A stretch of DNA of 64,000 bases, taken from contig JBHGAY010000001.1 of the NCBI GenBank assembly GCA_041946735.1, positions 256,001 to 320,000 of the forward strand, written 5' to 3'. Source of the DNA: Candidatus Eiseniibacteriota bacterium (lineage in GTDB: Bacteria > Eisenbacteria > RBG-16-71-46 > CAIMUX01 > VGJL01). The notes beneath the pieces were generated by a model that was given only the letters and a program-made list of their open reading frames with translations, had not been told where the DNA came from and did not search any database. Every line of letters starts with the position of its first letter. Positions within the stretch are counted from its first letter, which is position 1. A program made the translations under genes and the position numbers. This document shows positions 59,144 to 64,000 of this stretch, in pieces.

Positions 59144-60139
59144 CTAGCGGGCGCTTTCTGCCGGATGACCATCCCCCGCGGCCGCCAGCGGCGGCTTCGC
59201 CCCGCGAGCCGGTTCCGCGAACTCCGCCCGGGAGACGTAGGTCAGCCACGTATCGTAGCGCGGACGGCGGCCGCTGACGATCTCGTAGAACTCCTTGCGG
59301 ATCCGAGTCGTCACCGGCCCGACCTTCCCCGTCCCGAGAATCGTCTCGTCGATCTGATGGATCGGCGTCACCTCCGCCGCCGTCCCGGTGAAGAACGCCT
59401 CGTCGGCCGCCTGGACGCCGGCCACGGTGAGCGGCACCTCCTCGACCTCGTACCCGAGGTCCGAAGCGAGCTCGAGGACGGAGGCGCGCGTGATCCCCGG
59501 CAGGATCGCGCCGAGCGGAGGCGTCTTCAGGATCCCGTCCTTGACGAGGAACAGGTTCTCGCCCGGCCCTTCGGCGACGTAGCCGTTGTAGTCGAGCAGG
59601 AGCGCCTCGTGATAGTCGGACTCCTTCGCCTCCTGGCTCGCGAGAATCGAGTTGACGTAGTGGCCGCAGAGCTTCGCGTTCGCGATCGTCGAACGCGGAT
59701 GGATCCGGATGAAGCGGCTGACCTTGACGCGGATCTTCTCGTCGTCGAGGTACTTCCCCCACGGCCAGGCGGCCAGGACGACGCTGACCGGGTTGTTGCC
59801 GGGATTGAGCCCGAGCATCCCGTAGCCGAAGAAGACGAGGGGCCGCAGGTAGCCGGACTCCAACCGGTTCACCCGGATCAGCTCAGAGCACGCCTCGCAG
59901 ATCTCCTCCTTGGTCCAGGCGATCTTCATGTGAAAGACGCGCGCGGATTTGTACAAGCGGTCGATGTGCTCTCTGAGGCGGAAGATCGCGGGGCCCCGAT
60001 CGGTCGCGTAGCAGCGGATCCCTTCGAAGACCCCGCTGCCGTAGTGGAGCGTGTGAGAAAGGACGTGGATCTTCGCTTCGTCCCAGTTGATGAGACGGCC
60101 GTCCATCCAGATCTTGTCGACTTTGGGGAATGACGTCAT
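59144..60139 (-). CDS. ilvE: Branched-chain amino acid aminotransferase
   Basis: LHYGSGVFEGIR, AKLCGHYVNS, EGPGENLF, LPGITR, FFTGTAAEVTP. Confidence 0.96.
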   Translation of the reverse strand: MTSFPKVDKIWMDGRLINWDEAKIHVLSHTLHYGSGVFEGIRCYATDRGPAIFRLREHIDRLYKSARVFHMKIAWTKEEICEACSELIRVNRLESGYLRPLVFFGYGMLGLNPGNNPVSVVLAAWPWGKYLDDEKIRVKVSRFIRIHPRSTIANAKLCGHYVNSILASQEAKESDYHEALLLDYNGYVAEGPGENLFLVKDGILKTPPLGAILPGITRASVLELASDLGYEVEEVPLTVAGVQAADEAFFTGTAAEVTPIHQIDETILGTGKVGPVTTRIRKEFYEIVSGRRPRYDTWLTYVSRAEFAEPARGAKPPLAAAGDGHPAESAR

Positions 60140-60516
60140 CCGCTCTTCTCCGAACGCTCCGCCGCGCCGGCCGCCAGGTGCCGGAGGGTGACGAGGAGCT
60201 CCGACGGGTCCTCGGACTTCTCCGCCATCGCGTCAGCGACCCAGGCGGAAAAGTCGCGGCCGATCTGATACGGGTTGCGAGTGTGGAAGACGACTCGCGC
60301 GTCCTTGTTGACCCGGGTCATCTCGAGGGCCACGTCCAGGCCGCGGCCCTCGAGTCCGGGATCCATCACGATGACGTCCGGGCGATGCAGGAGGTTCATG
60401 GCCAGGGCGTCGGCGAAATCGCACGCCGTGATCACATGGTACCCACACTGCCGCAGCGCCGCGCTATGGGAGTTCCTCAATGTCGGCTCGCCTTCGACGA
60501 TCAGGACTACTGTCAC
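60136..60516 (-). CDS. Single-domain response regulator (atypical receiver)
   Basis: VLIVEGE, PDVIVMD, VVFHT, DFSAWVAD..EKS; overlaps ilvE start. Confidence 0.75.
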   Translation of the reverse strand: MTVVLIVEGEPTLRNSHSAALRQCGYHVITACDFADALAMNLLHRPDVIVMDPGLEGRGLDVALEMTRVNKDARVVFHTRNPYQIGRDFSAWVADAMAEKSEDPSELLVTLRHLAAGAAERSEKSG

Positions 60517-60553
60517 GGAACCCACCCCCTCCGCGCACGCCGTCCCGAAGGAA

Positions 60554-61987
60554 TCAGGCAAGATCGCGCACGAACGCCGCTCCCTTCAAGATGGCCTGCT
60601 GGTTCATCGGGATCGTCTTCTTCGCTTTCATGTAGCTCGGGAGTGCATCGATGACCGACTGCAGGTCCAGGACGCCGCTCTTCTCGATGTACGCGCCCAT
60701 CATCACCATGTTGGCGCACTTCGTCGTGCCGATGGCATCCGCCATCTCCGTCGCGGGGATTTTCAGGATCTCGATGTCGGTCCTCTGCGGCGACACCTCG
60801 ATCAGCGAGCTGTCGTAGAGCAGGAGTCCGCCCTTCTTCAGATCCCCCTCGAACTTCTCGAGGGAGGGGCGGTTCATCGCGACGAGAACGTCCGATTCGG
60901 CGACGAGCGGGCTTCCGATCTCCGTTTCGGAAATCCGGACGTGGCAGTTCGCCGTCCCTCCGCGCATCTCGGGACCGTACGAGGGAAGCCACGAAACCCG
61001 GTAGCCGGCCTGCATTCCGCACTCGGCCAGCGCGACGCCGAGAAGGAGGATTCCCTGGCCGCCGAAGCCGGCCATCTTGATCCGCGGATTCGCGTAGCTC
61101 GGAGAGCGGAGGGTCCCGCGCCGGGCCGCCGCCCCTTCCGTCTCGCGGATGTCGAGCAGCTCGTGGATCCCGTCGCTCTGGAAGACGAGCTTCTGCCCGG
61201 GACGCTTCTCGGCCGTTTCGGTCAGGTCCTTCGTCGCGCCGAGCTTGAAGTGCTTCTCCATCGCCTCGTGGATCCAGACGCGCGCGTCGACCGGGTTCAG
61301 CTTCCAGCCGGTCGGGCACGCAGAGAGGGCCTCCACCATCGAGAAGCCCTTGCCGTCGATCTGGTTCTGGATCGCCTTGCGGACCGCGGTGCGGGCCCGG
61401 TTCATGTGCTTCGCGTCGGTGAGAGCGACCCGCTCGATGTAGACGGGAGCTTCGAGCGTGGCGAGCAGCTCGCTGACGCGGATCGGGTAGCCCTCGTTTG
61501 CCGGTGACCGGCCTAGCGGCGTGGTCGTGGTCCGCATTCCCGGCAGGGTGGTCGGCGCCATCTGGCCTCCGGTCATCCCGTAGATCGCGTTGTTGACGAA
61601 GAGGACCGTCAGATTCTCTCCGCGGTTCGCTGCCTGGAGGATCTCGTTGCCACCGATGCCGGCGAGGTCGCCATCGCCCTGATACACGATCACGATGGCT
61701 TCCGGATGCGCTCTCTTGATCCCGGTGGCGACGGCAGGTGCGCGTCCATGAGCGGCCTGGATGTTTCCGCACCTGAAGTAATAGTACCCGAAGACGCTGC
61801 AACCGACCGGGGAAATGAAGATCGTGCGATCCTGGATCCCGAAATCGTCGATCGCCTCGGCAATCAACTTGTGAAGGTTGCCGTGCCCGCAGCCCGGACA
61901 GTAGTGAGTCGAGAGCTTGTCCGGTCCGGACTTCCTGTCGAAATCGACGTAGAACGATTGCGCCTTACGAAACACGTCCCGGGCCAT
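60554..61987 (-). CDS. vorA: 2-oxoacid:ferredoxin oxidoreductase beta-gamma fusion (VorA-like)
   Basis: [19 protein letters not shown] motif, [11 protein letters not shown]; gamma [21 protein letters not shown]. Confidence 0.88.
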   Translation of the reverse strand: MARDVFRKAQSFYVDFDRKSGPDKLSTHYCPGCGHGNLHKLIAEAIDDFGIQDRTIFISPVGCSVFGYYYFRCGNIQAAHGRAPAVATGIKRAHPEAIVIVYQGDGDLAGIGGNEILQAANRGENLTVLFVNNAIYGMTGGQMAPTTLPGMRTTTTPLGRSPANEGYPIRVSELLATLEAPVYIERVALTDAKHMNRARTAVRKAIQNQIDGKGFSMVEALSACPTGWKLNPVDARVWIHEAMEKHFKLGATKDLTETAEKRPGQKLVFQSDGIHELLDIRETEGAAARRGTLRSPSYANPRIKMAGFGGQGILLLGVALAECGMQAGYRVSWLPSYGPEMRGGTANCHVRISETEIGSPLVAESDVLVAMNRPSLEKFEGDLKKGGLLLYDSSLIEVSPQRTDIEILKIPATEMADAIGTTKCANMVMMGAYIEKSGVLDLQSVIDALPSYMKAKKTIPMNQQAILKGAAFVRDLA

Positions 61988-63038
61988 GCCCCACCTCCTC
62001 CAGTTCGTGAATCCGATCGAGCAGCTCGAGGGCGGTCGGGACGCTTCCCCCGACGCGATGATAGAAGCGGACGGGGCGCGCCCCGTTCACCGCGAGGCGC
62101 ACGTCGTCGACCATCTGGCCGGTCGACAGCTCGACGACCAGGAAGTCCTTCACCCGGCCGGCCAGATCGACGATTTGCGGCACCGGGAACGGGAAAAGCG
62201 TGATCGGACGAAGCAAGCCGACCTTGATCCCCTCCTCCCTCGCCATGTCGACCGCCGATTTCAGGAGGCGAGAGACGATGCCGTAGCCGATCACGACGTG
62301 CTCGGCATCTTCCACGCGATACGCCTCGAAGCGGATCTCCTTCTGGCGCATCTCATCGTACTTCCGCTCCAGCTTCTCGTTGTGTCCCTCGAGCTCCTCC
62401 GGGTCGAGGTAAATCGAGGAGATGAGGTTGTCGAGCCGGTCCGGGGAGGGCTCGATCGCCCACGGTTTGTCGGGCAGCTTCGTGACCGGCGGCGGGAACT
62501 CGCATGGCTCCATCATCTGTCCGATGAATCCGTCCGCCAGCACGTAAGCCGGGTTGCGATACCGGTCCGCGAGGTCGAAGGCGAGCATCGTCAGGTCGCA
62601 CATCTCCTGCACCGAGTTCGGCGCGAGGACCGGGACGCGGTAGCAGCCGTGGCCGCCCCCCTTGACGACCTGGTTGTAATCGCCCTGTTCGGGCGCGATG
62701 TTTCCCAAGCCGGGGCCGCCGCGCATGACGTCGATGATGACGCAGGGCAGTTCCGCACCGGCCATGTACGAAATCCCCTCCTGCTTCAGGCTGATGCCGG
62801 GCGAGGAGGAGGCGGTCATCGCGCGGATCCCCCCGGACGCCGCGCCGTACACCATGTTGATTGCGCCGATCTCGCTCTCGGCCTGCAGGAACGTCCCCCC
62901 GGCTCGGGGGAAATAGAGGGCCGCGGCTTCCGCGATCTCGCTCGCCGGCGTGATCGGATAGCCGAAATAGGCGCGGCAACCTGCGAGAATCGCGCCCTTC
63001 ACGACCGCTTCGTTTCCCTTCAACAGGTTCTTCGCCAT
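61965..63038 (-). CDS. vorB: 2-ketoisovalerate:ferredoxin oxidoreductase alpha-type subunit
   Basis: [45 protein letters not shown]. Confidence 0.92.
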   Translation of the reverse strand: MAKNLLKGNEAVVKGAILAGCRAYFGYPITPASEIAEAAALYFPRAGGTFLQAESEIGAINMVYGAASGGIRAMTASSSPGISLKQEGISYMAGAELPCVIIDVMRGGPGLGNIAPEQGDYNQVVKGGGHGCYRVPVLAPNSVQEMCDLTMLAFDLADRYRNPAYVLADGFIGQMMEPCEFPPPVTKLPDKPWAIEPSPDRLDNLISSIYLDPEELEGHNEKLERKYDEMRQKEIRFEAYRVEDAEHVVIGYGIVSRLLKSAVDMAREEGIKVGLLRPITLFPFPVPQIVDLAGRVKDFLVVELSTGQMVDDVRLAVNGARPVRFYHRVGGSVPTALELLDRIHELEEVGHGPGRVS

Positions 63039-63053
63039 CTTCTTCTTCCCCTC

Positions 63054-63305
63054 CTACCGAACCGGCTCGAGCTTGTAGACGGTGATCGCGCCAGGCTCCG
63101 GGCAGGCGTAGAAGCAGATGCCGCAGCCGGTGCAACCCTCTCCCAGGTAGGACGATGGGTGGTATCCCATCCGGTTGATCTCCTTCGAGAGCACCAGGCA
63201 TTTCTGCGGGCACTCCTGCACGCAGTAGGAGCAACCTTTGCATTCGTCCACGCGGATCTCGACCCGTCCACGCGGACCCGTCCGCACCCGCTTCACCTCT
63301 TCCAT
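63054..63305 (-). CDS. 2x[4Fe-4S] ferredoxin-like delta subunit
   Basis: [12 protein letters not shown] and [14 protein letters not shown]. Confidence 0.92.
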   Translation of the reverse strand: MEEVKRVRTGPRGRVEIRVDECKGCSYCVQECPQKCLVLSKEINRMGYHPSSYLGEGCTGCGICFYACPEPGAITVYKLEPVR

Positions 63306-63359
63306 CGCCTCACCTCCGCTCTTGGAAGACCCGAGGGCCTATCCCTCCTTCTCCGACGA

Positions 63360-64000
63360 TCACGACCCCGCCGCGCGGGACGCTCGCGCCGCGCGGATTC
63401 CGTCCTCGATCCATCGAACCCACCGGTCCAGGCCCTCGCCGGTCGCGCAGGAGATCTCCATCCGCTCCGCCTTCGGGTTGATCCGCTCGACGGAGCGCCA
63501 GAAGGCTTCGCGGTCGAACCGGACGTACGGCAGCAGGTCCACCTTGTTCAGCGCAATGACGGCGGCCTTCTCGAACATGAACGGATACTTCTCCGGCTTG
63601 TCCTCTCCCTCGGGAACGCTCGTGAGCACGACCCTCGCCGATTCCCCGAGATCGAAGCTGCTCGGGCACACGAGATTGCCCACGTTCTCGACGACGATCG
63701 CGTCGTGCGCCGCGAGGTCGACCCCCTCGAGCGCTGAATCGATCATCCGCGACTCGAGATGGCAGGTGCCGTTGGTGACGATCTGGATCGCCTCCGCCCC
63801 GGTGGCGGCGATGCGTTCCGCGTCGCGCGCCGTCCGGAGGTCCCCTTCGATGACGAGGCAGCTCAGGCGGCCGCGCAGGCGGCCGAGGGTCTCCTCGAGC
63901 AATGTCGTCTTGCCCGCGCCGGGGCCGGCGAGCAGGTTGACGACGAAGAGGCCGCGCTGCCGGAAGCGGGCGCGCAGGGCCGCCGCGATCTCGTCGTTGC
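63360..64000 (-). CDS. hypB: Hydrogenase nickel incorporation GTPase, 5'-truncated by window edge
   Basis: GPGAGKTT, IEGD, CHLE, ENVGNLVCP, EGEDKPEKYP, NKVD. Confidence 0.95.
   Translation of the reverse strand, partial: NDEIAAALRARFRQRGLFVVNLLAGPGAGKTTLLEETLGRLRGRLSCLVIEGDLRTARDAERIAATGAEAIQIVTNGTCHLESRMIDSALEGVDLAAHDAIVVENVGNLVCPSSFDLGESARVVLTSVPEGEDKPEKYPFMFEKAAVIALNKVDLLPYVRFDREAFWRSVERINPKAERMEISCATGEGLDRWVRWIEDGIRAARASRAAGS

Overview
A 64-kb, very GC-rich chromosomal window from a diderm bacterium. It carries no rRNA, tRNA, CRISPR array or recognisable mobile element. FlgD/T9SS-like C-terminal domains and an anaerobic metabolism suggest an FCB-group lineage such as Ca. Eisenbacteria (inference). 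About 50 genes are supported. Housekeeping and metabolic genes: ispH (partial), NfnAB-like oxidoreductase, mutY, a MocR regulator with pdxS-pdxT, an RluA-family synthase, an NCS2 permease, hflX, groES-groEL, a PEP synthase/PPDK regulatory protein, ilvE, a Vor-type 2-oxoacid:ferredoxin oxidoreductase and hypB (partial). Envelope and export genes: a TonB-dependent receptor, a czcCBA-like heavy-metal RND system, L,D-transpeptidases, pilT and secreted CTD proteins. There is also dense two-component/sigma54 signalling. Most notable: (1) a sigma54 module (DUF4398-like lipoprotein, L,D-transpeptidase, catalytically dead LDT paralog, PAS kinase/NtrC pair, second phosphorelay) whose two -24/-12 promoters share a CGTCCC-N6-GGGACG palindrome; (2) groESL preceded by a sigma54 promoter and NtrC-like palindromes, beside a degenerate enhancer-binding protein; (3) a Cys/His leader ORF with an anti-SD element before czcC; (4) apparent non-canonical starts for pilT (ACG) and hflX (ATT). 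All product calls come from motif recognition by eye, with no database searches.
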